Shown piece after piece: positions 19,235 through 30,546 of a stretch of DNA of 64,000 bases. Source of the stretch: Candidatus Marinacidobacterium sp. GTDB taxonomy: Bacteria > Acidobacteriota > Vicinamibacteria > Marinacidobacterales > Marinacidobacteraceae. The stretch spans positions 3,008,001-3,072,000 of the forward strand of contig OZ242011.1 in NCBI GenBank assembly GCA_965204755.1, read 5' to 3'. The notes below the pieces were generated by a model. It saw nothing but the letters and a program-made list of their open reading frames with translations, searched no databases and was not told the DNA's origin. The stretch's first letter is position 1, and the number at the start of each line of letters is the position of its first letter. The position numbers were made by a program, and so were the translations under genes.

Positions 19235-21736
19235 ATGAGTCTTCCCCTGCGCATTCGCCCGAGCGATTCCCCGAGCGATCCGCCGACCGGTCCCTTGTTC
19301 TCGACGAACCCGCCGGCGGGCCGGCGGGCGGCGGCGCCGATTTCGTCGCCGGTCCCGCGCGGCGCGCGGCGGCGCCTTCCCGTCGCGGCGGCGCTGCTCG
19401 GGCTCGCGGCCGCGCTCCTCCCGCCGCCGGCGGCGGAGGCCCGGAGTTTCGCGGTTCGCGCCCGTCACGGGATGGTGGTCTCGCAGAACCACCTCGCCTC
19501 GGAAGTCGGCGCCGCGGTGCTGCGCGAAGGGGGAAACGCGATCGACGCGGCGGTCGCCACCGCGTTCGCGCTGGCGGTGACCCATCCCACCGCGGGGAAC
19601 ATCGGCGGGGGCGGCTTCCTGGTCTATCGGCCGGCTTCGGGCGACCCGCTGGCGTACGACTTCCGGGAGATGGCGCCGGCGGCGGCGACCCCGGACATGT
19701 GGCTGGTGGACGGTGAATACAGTTTCGAGGTCCACCACCTGAGCCATCGCGCGGTCGGCGTCCCGGGGACGGTCGCCGGGCTGCGGCTGGCCTGGGAGCA
19801 GCAGGGGAGCCTCCCCTGGGAGCGCCTGGTCCGCCCGGCGGTGGAACTCGCGCGGGACGGTTTCCCGGTGTCGCACGGGCTCGCCGCGTCGCTCGCCCGG
19901 GTGCTCGACCGGATGCAGAAGTACCCGGCGTCGGTCGCCCAGTTCTCGAAGGCCGGGACTCCCTACGAGCCGGGCGAAGTCCTCCGCCAGCCGGACCTCG
20001 CCGCTTCGCTGGAGCGAATCCTGGAGCGCGGCGCCGCCGGGTTCTACGAAGGCGAGACCGCCGACCTGCTGGTCGCGGAGATGGAAGCGGGCGGGGGCCT
20101 GATCACCCACGAGGACCTGCTCGCCTACGAGGCGAAAGTGCGCGAGCCGGTGCGCGGCGAATACCGCGGCCACGAAATCATTTCGATGCCCCCGCCGAGC
20201 AGCGGCGGGACCGCGCTGGTGCAGATGCTGAACATCCTGGAGGGTTACGACCTCGCGGACAGCGGTTTCGGCTCCGCCGAGACCCTGCACTCCATGGCGG
20301 AGGCGATGCGCCGGGCCTTCGCCGACCGCGCGCTCCACCTCGGCGACCCGGACTTCAACCCGGCGATCCCGATCGACCGGCTGACCTCGAAGTCCTATGC
20401 GAACGACCTCCGGGCCACGATCACGCCGGAAGCCGCTTCGGTGTCTTCGCCGGAGAGTTTCGAGTGGCCGACGGAAAGCGAAGAGACGACGCATTTCTCC
20501 GTGGTGGATTCCGAACGGAACGCCGTCTCCCTCACCTACACGCTGGAGTTCGGCTACGGCTCCGGCATCGTGGTTCCCGGCGGCGGTTTCCTGTTGAACA
20601 ACGAGATGGGGGACTTCAACGCCGCGCCGGGACTGACGGACGAACGCGGACTCATCGGCACCGACCCGAACCTCGCCGAAGGCAGGAAGCGGATGCTCTC
20701 CAGCATGACGCCCACCATCGTGGCGAAGGACGGCGACCTGTTCCTCGTTACCGGCACTCCCGGCGGACGCACCATCATCAACACCGTGCTGCAGACGATC
20801 GTCAATGTGGTGGACCACGGGATGAACGCCCAGGAAGCGGTGGACGCCGGCCGCATCCACCACCAGTGGCTCCCCGACCGGATCAACTACGAGCGGCAGG
20901 AGTTCTCCCCGGACACGCTGTCGCTGCTCGCGCGGTACGGCCATACCCTGAACGAAACCACCGCGCAGGGCGCGGCGGAAGTCATCCTCCACCGGGCGGA
21001 CGAAGGCGTGCTCGAAGGAGGCGTGGACCGCCGGGCGCCCGACGGCGGCGCCGGCGTCCACGACGACGGCTTCATGGCGACGGGGGCGGCGGACGCCGGC
21101 GCAGACCCGGCGGCGCCGGGCGAAGATACGGCGGAGGAATCCGGGGCGGACTTCTGCGGCGAGCCTCCCGGGGCGCCGGCGGAAACCTCCGCGGCCGGCG
21201 AGTCGGCGGGAGGGACGGAGTCTTTCGCGCTCCTCGCCGAACAGGAAACGGTTTCGACCGATTCGTCCTCGCTCTCCTCCGCCTACAACTTCGTCGAGAT
21301 CTCCGATTCCCTCTCGACGGCCGGGCAGATCACGAACGAGGAGATCGCGGCCGCCGGCGAGGCCGGGTTCGAAGTCGTCGTGAACCTCGCCCCGGCGCGG
21401 CGCGACCGGAACCTGGAAGAGGGTTTCCGGGTGACCGAAGCGGGTATGACCTATGTGCAGATCCCGGTGGACTGGCAGGCCCCGTCGCTCCGCGACCTCG
21501 AACTCTTCTTCGATGTGATGGACGCGAACCGGGATCGACGCGTCTTCGTCCACTGCTTCGCCAACATGCGCGTTTCGGTCTTCGTCTATCTCTACCGCAC
21601 GCTCCGCCGAGGCGTGCCGGAAGAGGACGCTTGGGACGAGGTGCTGGAGGTCTGGGATCCCGGCGCCGATCCGGAGACCGCGCAGTGGCCGGCGTTCATC
21701 GAACGCGCCAAACGGGCGCGCGCTTCCGTCGGCTGA
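19235..21736 (+). CDS. ggt: Gamma-glutamyltransferase fused to a C-terminal PTP-like/DUF442 domain
   Basis: GGNAIDAAVA, GNIGGGGF, ETTHFS (catalytic Thr), LNNEMGDF, SSMTP, GTPGG; acidic linker; then STAGQ...VVNLA...VHCFANMRVS (CX5R). Confidence 0.9.
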   Translation: MSLPLRIRPSDSPSDPPTGPLFSTNPPAGRRAAAPISSPVPRGARRRLPVAAALLGLAAALLPPPAAEARSFAVRARHGMVVSQNHLASEVGAAVLREGGNAIDAAVATAFALAVTHPTAGNIGGGGFLVYRPASGDPLAYDFREMAPAAATPDMWLVDGEYSFEVHHLSHRAVGVPGTVAGLRLAWEQQGSLPWERLVRPAVELARDGFPVSHGLAASLARVLDRMQKYPASVAQFSKAGTPYEPGEVLRQPDLAASLERILERGAAGFYEGETADLLVAEMEAGGGLITHEDLLAYEAKVREPVRGEYRGHEIISMPPPSSGGTALVQMLNILEGYDLADSGFGSAETLHSMAEAMRRAFADRALHLGDPDFNPAIPIDRLTSKSYANDLRATITPEAASVSSPESFEWPTESEETTHFSVVDSERNAVSLTYTLEFGYGSGIVVPGGGFLLNNEMGDFNAAPGLTDERGLIGTDPNLAEGRKRMLSSMTPTIVAKDGDLFLVTGTPGGRTIINTVLQTIVNVVDHGMNAQEAVDAGRIHHQWLPDRINYERQEFSPDTLSLLARYGHTLNETTAQGAAEVILHRADEGVLEGGVDRRAPDGGAGVHDDGFMATGAADAGADPAAPGEDTAEESGADFCGEPPGAPAETSAAGESAGGTESFALLAEQETVSTDSSSLSSAYNFVEISDSLSTAGQITNEEIAAAGEAGFEVVVNLAPARRDRNLEEGFRVTEAGMTYVQIPVDWQAPSLRDLELFFDVMDANRDRRVFVHCFANMRVSVFVYLYRTLRRGVPEEDAWDEVLEVWDPGADPETAQWPAFIERAKRARASVG

Positions 21737-21791
21737 CCCCAGCCGGCCCGGCCCCCGGCGTTCCGACCGGCGCGGGCCGACCACCGGGCCG

Positions 21792-22796
21792 ATGACCCCC
21801 GAGCCGCCCTCCCCCGCGCCTCCGGCGGCGGAGTCTTCCCCCTCGCCGGACGCCCCCCCTTCGCCGGAGGCGGGCCTGTCGCCGGAGGCCCGAAGGCTCG
21901 CCGGCCTCTCCGGCGGGGGCGCCCTCGCTGCCGCCGCGCCGCTCTGGAAACAGCGGTCGTCGTGGGCCTCGGCGGCGTTCCACCTCTCCCTCGGGCTCCT
22001 CCTGTTCGCGCCCGGCCTGTTCGGCGGGCTCCGGTCGGAGGACGCCGGGCGGGACGCCCTGCCGCGCTTCCACTTCGATGTGGCCGGGGGGAGCGGGCCG
22101 GGGGGCGGGGGCGGAGGCGGCGGCAGCCGTGGCGACCGGATCACCGCCTACATCCCGCAGCGCGACGATCCCCCGCCGGAACCGGAGCGGGCCGAGCCGG
22201 AGACCCCGCGCGAAGCGCCGATCGCTCCCCGGAAACCCCGGCCGCTCCGGTTCGAGGACCTGGACGACCTCACCGACCGGACGCCGCCGGTGGACCTGGC
22301 GCTCGGCTCCGTCTTCTCGCCGCAGGCGGTGGAGTCCCCGGGGCTCTCCCTCTCCGACTTCGAGGACCGCGGCGGCCGGGACCGGACCCGGAGCGCCGGG
22401 ACCGGGGGCGGGATCGGCGGCGGCGAAGGCGTGGGCACCGGGGAGGGCCGGGGCTGGGGCGTCGGGCCGGGCTACGGCGGCGGTTCCGGCGGGGGCGCTT
22501 ACTCGCCCGGCGGGTACGATGTGGAGCCGCGCCTGATCTATGAGCCGCCCGAGCCGCCCTACCCGGAGGGCGCCCGCCGCCGCCGGGTCACCGGCGAGGT
22601 GATGCTGCAGGTGCTGGTGAAGTTGGACGGCAGCACCCAGGTGCTCCGGGTCATCAAGTCCGGCTGCCGCGCCTGCGTGGAGACCGCCCGCCGCCACGCG
22701 CTCCGCTACCGCTGGAAACCGGCGCTCAAGGACGGGAAGCCGGTCGAGGCCGTCGGCGTGATCCGGGTTTCCTTCGGCCTCTTCTCCCCGCGGTGA
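21792..22796 (+). CDS. TonB-family energy transducer
   Basis: TM segment with SxxxH, Pro/Gly-rich linker, YPEGARRRRVTGEV...WKPA.KDGKPV. Confidence 0.82.
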   Translation: MTPEPPSPAPPAAESSPSPDAPPSPEAGLSPEARRLAGLSGGGALAAAAPLWKQRSSWASAAFHLSLGLLLFAPGLFGGLRSEDAGRDALPRFHFDVAGGSGPGGGGGGGGSRGDRITAYIPQRDDPPPEPERAEPETPREAPIAPRKPRPLRFEDLDDLTDRTPPVDLALGSVFSPQAVESPGLSLSDFEDRGGRDRTRSAGTGGGIGGGEGVGTGEGRGWGVGPGYGGGSGGGAYSPGGYDVEPRLIYEPPEPPYPEGARRRRVTGEVMLQVLVKLDGSTQVLRVIKSGCRACVETARRHALRYRWKPALKDGKPVEAVGVIRVSFGLFSPR

Positions 22797-23377
22797 CGGG
22801 CGGCGGCTTCCCGGTTCCGGCGGCGGCGCCGGACGCGGAGGCGCGGGCCGCCGGCCGCCCGGTCGAACTCCTCTCCGAAGACGCCATCGCCGGCCGCGTC
22901 CGGCAGATGGCCGAGGAGATCGCCGCCGCCCGGGAGGGGCAGCGCCTCCACCTGCTGGTGGTGCTGAGGGGGGCGTTCGTCTTCGCCGCGGACCTCATGC
23001 GCCGCCTCGACGACCTCGGCCTGGAGACCACCGTGGACTTCTGCCGGGTCGCTTCCTACGGCGATGGCACCGAACCCGGCGAGCCCGCCGTCGAGTTGTA
23101 CCACCCGGAGACGCTCACCGACCGGGATGTGCTCATCGTGGAAGACATCGTGGACACCGGCCTCGCGCTCGACGCGCTGGTGCGCGCGGTCCGCCGGGCC
23201 GCGCCCCGCTCGCTCGGCTCCGTCGCCTTCCTCTCCAAGCCGGAGCGCCGCCGCGTGCCCATAGACCCGGACTACACCGGCTTCGTGATCCCGGACCGCT
23301 TCGCCGTCGGCTACGGCCTCGACTACGCCGGCCGCTGGCGCCACCTCCCCTTCGTCGGAATCCTGGAAGTCGGCTGA
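22793..23377 (+). CDS. hpt: Hypoxanthine phosphoribosyltransferase
   Basis: VLRGAFVFAADL, VLIVEDIVDTG, FAVGYGLDY. Confidence 0.93.
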   Translation: MTGGGFPVPAAAPDAEARAAGRPVELLSEDAIAGRVRQMAEEIAAAREGQRLHLLVVLRGAFVFAADLMRRLDDLGLETTVDFCRVASYGDGTEPGEPAVELYHPETLTDRDVLIVEDIVDTGLALDALVRAVRRAAPRSLGSVAFLSKPERRRVPIDPDYTGFVIPDRFAVGYGLDYAGRWRHLPFVGILEVG

Positions 23378-23405
23378 CCGGGGACTGCGGATCCCGCCGT
23401 CCCGG

Positions 23406-24164
23406 CTACTTCGGGTTCGGGATACCGCGATCCGCCAGGGCGAGCAGGTCCCCGTTTCCGATCGCCCGCGCGGCCATGCGGCCGACGACGCTGATCCGGC
23501 CGGGGTCGGCGCCGGCGCGCAGCAAGGCCCGCACGAAGCGGGGTTCCCCGGCAAAGATCGCCGTCAGGATGGGCGGAGTTTTTTCGTTTTCCGCACCGTC
23601 CGGGTTGGCGCCGGCTTCGAACAGGGAGTCCAGGCACCGCAGCCTCTCTTCGATGTCGAGGGGTGACCCGGGTTCTCGGTCGAGCCCCGGTGTCGCTATC
23701 GTCTCGACGGTGAGGCCGCCCTCGCCCTCGCTTTCGGTCGAGGACAAGCTCGACTCGACGACCGGATTCATCACCTCCTGAATCGGGCTCACCGCGCTGC
23801 CGCAGGCGTGGTCCGGACTCGCGCCGGCGGCGAGGAGCGCATCCACGAGGGCCGGCTCGCCGAGCAGTGAGGCGATTCCGAGCGGCGAGCGGTCGTCGTC
23901 GCCGCAGGTGTCCGGGTCCTGCGCCGCAGCCGCGCGGGCGACCCGGTCGGGATCCTTCGCCCAAACCGCTCGACGGAGCGTGTCCGGGTCCGCCGCCTGC
24001 TCGGCCTCCGTGAGGGCTGGTTCGCTTCCGCCGCTGCCCGGGTCGAAGTGGAACCGCACGCAGCCGTCCGACCCGAGTGCGAGCGAGAAAACACCAGTAG
24101 CCGCATCGGTTCTGACCATAACGACGAAACCGGGTTTCCGGTTCCGACTCCTTCGACCAGCCAC
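23406..24164 (-). CDS. Ankyrin-repeat protein (start uncertain)
   Basis: SPLGIASLLG...VDALLAAGASPD, LFEAGANPD, RALLRAGADP. Confidence 0.7.
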   Translation of the reverse strand: MAGRRSRNRKPGFVVMVRTDAATGVFSLALGSDGCVRFHFDPGSGGSEPALTEAEQAADPDTLRRAVWAKDPDRVARAAAAQDPDTCGDDDRSPLGIASLLGEPALVDALLAAGASPDHACGSAVSPIQEVMNPVVESSLSSTESEGEGGLTVETIATPGLDREPGSPLDIEERLRCLDSLFEAGANPDGAENEKTPPILTAIFAGEPRFVRALLRAGADPGRISVVGRMAARAIGNGDLLALADRGIPNPK

Positions 24165-24212
24165 GAGGTCGCGAACCGTCGCTCGCTGCTTCCGGCGAGG
24201 ACGGGCGGCTTC

Positions 24213-25316
24213 TCAGGACGGCCCGAGCAGGCGGGCGTGCAACTCCCGGAGCCGGACGAAGCGCTCCGGGGTCGAAGGGTGGCTCGCGCCGTGGACGGCG
24301 GCGACGCTTCCCGGGCTTTCGGTGGACATCCGCCGCCAGAAGTCGATCGCCTCGCCGAAATCGATGTTCGCGGCTGCGAGGATCTCGGCGCCGATCAGGT
24401 CGGCCTCGCGCTCGAAGTCCTGGCTGAACTTCCGGGCCCCGGCGATCGCGCCCGCGTCGGCCAGGTCCCGCGCGTTCCGCCCGTAGGTGGGGGCGCCGAG
24501 CGAGCCGGAGAGTCCGTCCACCAGCCCGCCGAGGGCGGCGCCCAGGACGCTGCCCCAGAGGGCGTTGGATTTCTGCTTCGACAGGTGGTCGCCGATGATG
24601 TGGCCGATCTCGTGGCCGACGACCAGGGCCAACTCCTCGTCGGAGAGGACATAGTCGAGCATTCCGGAGGTCACGAAGATGGACTCGCCGTCGGTGAAGG
24701 CGTTCGTCGAGGAGTCCGTCAGGACGGAGGCCGGTCTTCCACAGGCGCGGGTCGGCGTGACTTCCACGCGGAGCGGTTCTTCGCCGCGCAGCAACTCGAG
24801 CCGGCCGATCCGTCCGCGGTCGAGCCGCTTCGACACATCCTCCACGCCGCGTTTTCCGTCGCGGACCGCCCGGCCGTTGACTTCGACGACCACATCCCCG
24901 GCCCGGACGCCGGCGGCGTCCATCGGCGACCCCGGCGTGATGAACAGGAACATGGGGCGGTCCGCGATGCCGTATTTCGACCACGCCCCGTGGCGGTATT
25001 CCTCCGGGAGCGTCTCCGCGACGGCCACCGAGTAGCCCCAGGCCGGCGTGATCCGTTTCTCCGGACACCACTCCAGAGCCGCCCGGCGCAGCGGGAAGGC
25101 GACGCGCCCGAGGCGCTCCGTCTGCGCGACCAGGGTGTCGAACGCCATCTCGGACTGCCGGCGGGCCTCGGCTTCGACCGCGGCGCGGTCCACGGCGGAG
25201 AGTTGTCGGGTGGCCCCGACGCAACCGGCGGCGAAGAGGACGCCGCCGACGAGGGCGATGACGGGGTATGCGGCCGGGAAAGCCGTGGCGGCGGACAGCC
25301 GCGTCGTGCGGTTCAT
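24213..25316 (-). CDS. PDZ-containing M48 metalloprotease lipoprotein
   Basis: SD gaggag upstream; lipobox-like LFAAGC; PDZ GSP..AAGVRAGDVV.EVNG; NAF, HEIGH, FSQDFEREAD, SHP...ER. Confidence 0.85.
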   Translation of the reverse strand: MNRTTRLSAATAFPAAYPVIALVGGVLFAAGCVGATRQLSAVDRAAVEAEARRQSEMAFDTLVAQTERLGRVAFPLRRAALEWCPEKRITPAWGYSVAVAETLPEEYRHGAWSKYGIADRPMFLFITPGSPMDAAGVRAGDVVVEVNGRAVRDGKRGVEDVSKRLDRGRIGRLELLRGEEPLRVEVTPTRACGRPASVLTDSSTNAFTDGESIFVTSGMLDYVLSDEELALVVGHEIGHIIGDHLSKQKSNALWGSVLGAALGGLVDGLSGSLGAPTYGRNARDLADAGAIAGARKFSQDFEREADLIGAEILAAANIDFGEAIDFWRRMSTESPGSVAAVHGASHPSTPERFVRLRELHARLLGPS

Positions 25317-25561
25317 GGAGGCTCTCCTCGGGAAGTCGAGTTCTGCGCCGGGACGGCTGCCGCCGCCTCCGGAGCGGGCATCCTCCCGCCGCCGGGCGAC
25401 AGAACCTGACATCCCCTTCCGCCGGACGCCTCCGCGCCCCTTGCGGCGCCCGCCCCGGTTCCTGCCGTCAGCGAACCGGCGGCGGCTGCCGGCCGGTCCG
25501 GCCCCTCAGAAGGATTCCGGGACTCCGCCGCCCCTCCCGGCGGGGCCCGGCGGGCGGCGGG

Positions 25562-25595
25562 GCCTGACGACCGGCGGCGCCTGACGACCGGCGGC
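25562..25595. repeat. 17-bp tandem duplication GCCTGACGACCGGCGGC x2, intergenic
   Basis: Read directly. Confidence 0.8.
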
Positions 25596-25612
25596 GCGCG
25601 GTCGGGCCCGGC

Positions 25613-26479
25613 TCAGGCCCCCTGGAACTCGGGTTCCGCCGCCGCGGACGACAGGAGCCGCGCCAAGTTCGGGGCGGCGGCGTCGGAGGCCTCGTTCACG
25701 GCTTCGGCGTCTATCTCGCCGTCGCCGGTCCCGGCGGCCGGGTTCGAGGCGAAAGCCAGACCGGCGATCTTCACGCCGAGTTGGCGGGCGGCGATGGCCT
25801 CGAGCACGACCGACATCCCGACCACATCGGCGCCGAGCGTCCGCAGCATCCGGACTTCCGCCGGGGTCTCGAAGTGCGGCCCCCGCACGCCGGCGTACAC
25901 GCCGGTGGGAAGCCGCATCGAGATGCGCAGCGCCGCGCGGTCGAGCGCCGCGCCGAGGCCCGGGTCCCAGGCCTCGGTCAGGTCGGGGAATCGCGGCTCC
26001 GGCCCCGGTTCCGGGCCTTCGAGCGGGCTCACGCCGGTGAGGTTCAGGTGGTCGGTGATCCGGACGAAGTTCCCGGGCCGGATGTCCGGGCGGATCGCGC
26101 CGGTGGCCGCGGTCAGCACGAGACGCTCGACGCCGAGGGCGGCGAGCAGCCGCACGCCGAACACCACTTCGTCCGCGGAGTAGCCCTCGTAGAGGTGCTG
26201 CCGCCCGGACAGCAGCGCGATCGGGAGTTGCGGCAGGAACGAGGGCGCGCCCTCCTCGTGGCGCAACTTGCCGACGATGAGCCGACCCCGGTGGCCGGGG
26301 GCGGTGCACTCGCCGAGACCGGGGACGGAGCCGTAGGGGAGTTGCCAGTGCCGCTCCACGCCGCGGGCGCCCCGCGCCAGCCCGGAGCCGAGCACCACCG
26401 CGGTCTTCGGGAAGTCGTCGCCGCGCTCGCGCACCGCCGCGGCGGCTTCGGCGACCTGCTTGCGGATTTCGTCTCTCAC
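25613..26479 (-). CDS. punA: Purine nucleoside phosphorylase (trimeric type)
   Basis: VLGSGL, GH.GRL, GR.HLYEG, GPHFETPAE, VGMS.V.E. Confidence 0.88.
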   Translation of the reverse strand: MRDEIRKQVAEAAAAVRERGDDFPKTAVVLGSGLARGARGVERHWQLPYGSVPGLGECTAPGHRGRLIVGKLRHEEGAPSFLPQLPIALLSGRQHLYEGYSADEVVFGVRLLAALGVERLVLTAATGAIRPDIRPGNFVRITDHLNLTGVSPLEGPEPGPEPRFPDLTEAWDPGLGAALDRAALRISMRLPTGVYAGVRGPHFETPAEVRMLRTLGADVVGMSVVLEAIAARQLGVKIAGLAFASNPAAGTGDGEIDAEAVNEASDAAAPNLARLLSSAAAEPEFQGA

Positions 26480-26495
26480 GGGCGCTCGGCGGGGG

Positions 26496-27710
26496 TCAGG
26501 AAGTCGGGGCGGCGGCGAGCATTCCGGCGATCGCCGCGCTCACGAGGGTGGCAAGCGTACCGCCCGCGAGCGCCCGCAGGCCCAGCCGGGCGAGGTCGGA
26601 CTTCCGCCCCGGGGCGATCGCGCCGATGCCGCCGATCTGGATGCCGACGGAACTCAGGTTGGCGAAACCGCAGAGCGCGAAGGTGGCGATCACCTCGCTC
26701 CGCAGCGACAGCGCGCCCTCGGCGCGGAGCGCCGCGAGGTCGAGATAGGCCACGAACTCGTTGAGGATGAGTTTCTTCCCGAGCATCGCCCCGACCGCCG
26801 CCGCTTCCGCCGGCGGCGCCCCGACCAGGAAGGCCACGGGGGTGAAAACGAAGCCGAGGATCCCGGAGAGCGAGAGGCCTAGCGCGCCGAGCGGCAGGTC
26901 CACCAGCGCCACCAGACTCAGGAAGGCGATGAGCATCGCCACCACATTCAGCACCAACTTCATCCCGGCGGACGCGCCGGAAGCGGCGGCCCCGATCAGG
27001 TTCACCTCCCGGCCGCCGGCGAGTTTCGCCTTTCGTCCCGCTGTCTCCGGCTTCGCGGTCTCCGGGACGATGACCTTCGCCATCATGAGCGCCGCCGGAG
27101 CGTTCACCAAACTGGCCGCCAGCAGGAAGCGGGCGTCCACGCCGAGCGCGATGAACGCCGCGAGCATCCCCCCGGAGACGGTGGCCATCCCCGCCACCAT
27201 CACCGCGTGGAGTTCCGAGCGGGTCATCCGCTCCAGGTAGGGCGCGACGATCAGCGGCGCCTCGGTCTGCCCCATGAACACATTGGCGGCGGCCGCGAGC
27301 GTTTCCGCCCCGCTCGTCCCCAGCGTCCGCATCATCAGCCAAGCCATCGCCGCGACCAGCCGCTGCAGGACGCCCAGGTGGTAGAGCACGGAGAACACCG
27401 AGGCCACATAGATGATGCTGGGGAGCGCGGTTACGGCGAGGATCACGCCGAACCGCTCCCGGTCGGCCAGCGGGCCGAAGACGAGTTCGATCCCGGCGTT
27501 CGCCTGGCGGAGCGCCAGGTCGATGAGGTCGGCGGCGCCGGAGAGCGCGGCGGCGCCGAAGGAACTGCGCAGGACCAGCAGCGCGAAGACCGCCTGGAGG
27601 CCGAGCGACCAGAGGACGATCCGCCAGGGGAACTTCCGCCGGTCGGTCGAGATGGCCCAGGCGAACCCGACCAGCGCCCCGATCCCGAGGACCGGGACCA
27701 AGTTGTTCAT
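26496..27710 (-). CDS. nupC: CNT/NupC-family nucleoside transporter
   Basis: ANVFMGQTEAP, MT.SEL...M..GMATVSG, KLILNEFVAY, ALCGFANLSS. Confidence 0.92.
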   Translation of the reverse strand: MNNLVPVLGIGALVGFAWAISTDRRKFPWRIVLWSLGLQAVFALLVLRSSFGAAALSGAADLIDLALRQANAGIELVFGPLADRERFGVILAVTALPSIIYVASVFSVLYHLGVLQRLVAAMAWLMMRTLGTSGAETLAAAANVFMGQTEAPLIVAPYLERMTRSELHAVMVAGMATVSGGMLAAFIALGVDARFLLAASLVNAPAALMMAKVIVPETAKPETAGRKAKLAGGREVNLIGAAASGASAGMKLVLNVVAMLIAFLSLVALVDLPLGALGLSLSGILGFVFTPVAFLVGAPPAEAAAVGAMLGKKLILNEFVAYLDLAALRAEGALSLRSEVIATFALCGFANLSSVGIQIGGIGAIAPGRKSDLARLGLRALAGGTLATLVSAAIAGMLAAAPTS

Positions 27711-27765
27711 GCCGGCGGGGTCGCCGGGGAGCGTGGCCGGGGGATTCGCGCCGCGATGCCGGCCG

Positions 27766-27933
27766 TCACCCGAGCAGGTACATGAGCCAGCCGACGCCGT
27801 ACGCGAAGGCGAGGAAGGTTCCGAACGCCTTGGCGGCGAACCGCGCGCGGTCGCCCGTTCCCTCGCGCATCAGGCAGGCGAAGACCGGCGCGACCAGCGC
27901 CGCGAAAACGGTCAGCGCCAGGTAGTGGCTCAT
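27766..27933 (-). CDS. Small 55-aa membrane protein (not in the ORF track)
   Basis: MSHYLALTVFAALVAPVFACLMREGTGDRARFAAKAFGTFLAFAYGVGWLMYLLG*; ATG overlaps the upstream TGA; two hydrophobic helices. Confidence 0.7.
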   Translation of the reverse strand: MSHYLALTVFAALVAPVFACLMREGTGDRARFAAKAFGTFLAFAYGVGWLMYLLG

Positions 27934-28436
27934 GGAACTCGGCCCGGCCCTTCCGCCGCCCGCTCCGCTCCGCCGGTCTTCCCGCGCCCGTCGTCGGGGC
28001 CTTCCGCGAACGCGGCCTGGCGGGCGCCGGTCGCGAGGTCCCAGGCGTCGAGGGTCACCAGCAGGTTCAGCAGGCCGGCGGCGATCAGGAAGGCGTAGCC
28101 GTACTCGTAGGTCGTGGCCGCCGGTTCGCCGCCGCCGAGGCCGGCGAGCGCCGCCGCCAGGTAGAAGCCGCCGGCGCCCATCTCGGCGAGTCCGGCCAGC
28201 AGCGTCAGCGGCGCGCCGGTGTCCAGCGGGAACAACTCGCCTTCCATCCCGATCCCGAAGACGAACAGCAACCCGATACAGACGAAGTACACCGCCCCGG
28301 TTCCCCGCCGCTCCAGCGTGAAGTGGCCGAGTCCGGGCACGAGCAGCGCCAGCGCGCCGTGGAGCAGCGGCCGCGCCGTCGTCCCGACTGCCGCGCCTTC
28401 CGGCCGGGCGCGGGTCCCGCCGGCGGTCTCGGCCAC
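27930..28436 (-). CDS. DUF6677-like membrane protein
   Basis: LVPGLGH, EYGYAFLIAAGLLN.L...DA.D. Confidence 0.7.
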   Translation of the reverse strand: MAETAGGTRARPEGAAVGTTARPLLHGALALLVPGLGHFTLERRGTGAVYFVCIGLLFVFGIGMEGELFPLDTGAPLTLLAGLAEMGAGGFYLAAALAGLGGGEPAATTYEYGYAFLIAAGLLNLLVTLDAWDLATGARQAAFAEGPDDGRGKTGGAERAAEGPGRVP

Positions 28437-28501
28437 GGCGCGGGAGTGTAGTCGGCGGCCGGCGCCGGCTCCGGGGTCAAGAGATAAGGTTTTCGCCCGC
28501 C

Positions 28502-29754
<1,253 letters not shown>

Positions 29755-29758
<4 letters not shown>

Positions 29759-30546
29759 GCGGCGGCCCTCCCGTCCGGGTGGAGCGGCGCGAAACGCCCG
29801 GCGGCCACCGGACGGCGCTCGTCACCCTCGACCGGCCGAAGGCGCTCAACGCGCTGAACCGGGCGACCCTCGACGCGCTCGGCGCGGCCTTCGCCGAACT
29901 CGCGGGCGACGCCGAAACGCAGGGGATCGCGCTCACCGGCGCCGGCGGCCGGGCTTTCGCCGCCGGGGCGGACATCTCCGAACTGCAGGGGCTGACACCC
30001 GAGTCCGGCCGCGCCGCCATGCAGCGCGGGCAGGCGCTGCTCGGCGCCATCGAAGGGACCGAGGTTCCCGTCGTGGCCGCGATCCCCGGGTTCGCGCTCG
30101 GCGGCGGGCTGGAACTCGCGCTCGCCTGCCACCTGCGGGTGGCCCGCCCCGGGTCGAAACTCGGTCTCCCCGAAGTCGGGCTCGGCGTGATTCCGGGGTA
30201 CGGCGGGACGCAGCGGCTGCCGCGGCTCGTCGGGCGGGCGGCGGCGCTGCGGATGATCCTCACCGGGGATCCGGTCTCCGCCGAGGAGGGGCTGGCGCTC
30301 GGCCTCGTGGACCGGCTGGCCGACGACCCGGTGGCCGGGGCCGAGGAGTTGCTCGACCGGGTGCTGGCGAACGGGCCGCTGGCGGTGCGCGCGGCGATCG
30401 CCGCGGTGAACGCCGCCTCCCCCCCGCTGGAGAGCGGGCTGGCCCACGAACGCGCCCTCTTCGCCGCGCTCTGCGGCTCCGAGGACATGCGCGAGGGGCT
30501 GACCGCGTTCCTGGAGAAACGCCGCCCCCGATTCGGTGGCCGCTGA
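29755..30546 (+). CDS. Enoyl-CoA hydratase/isomerase
   Basis: GTG overlaps the thiolase stop; RPKALNAL, AFAAGADI, ALGGGLELALAC, PEVGLG.IPGYGGTQRL. Confidence 0.93.
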
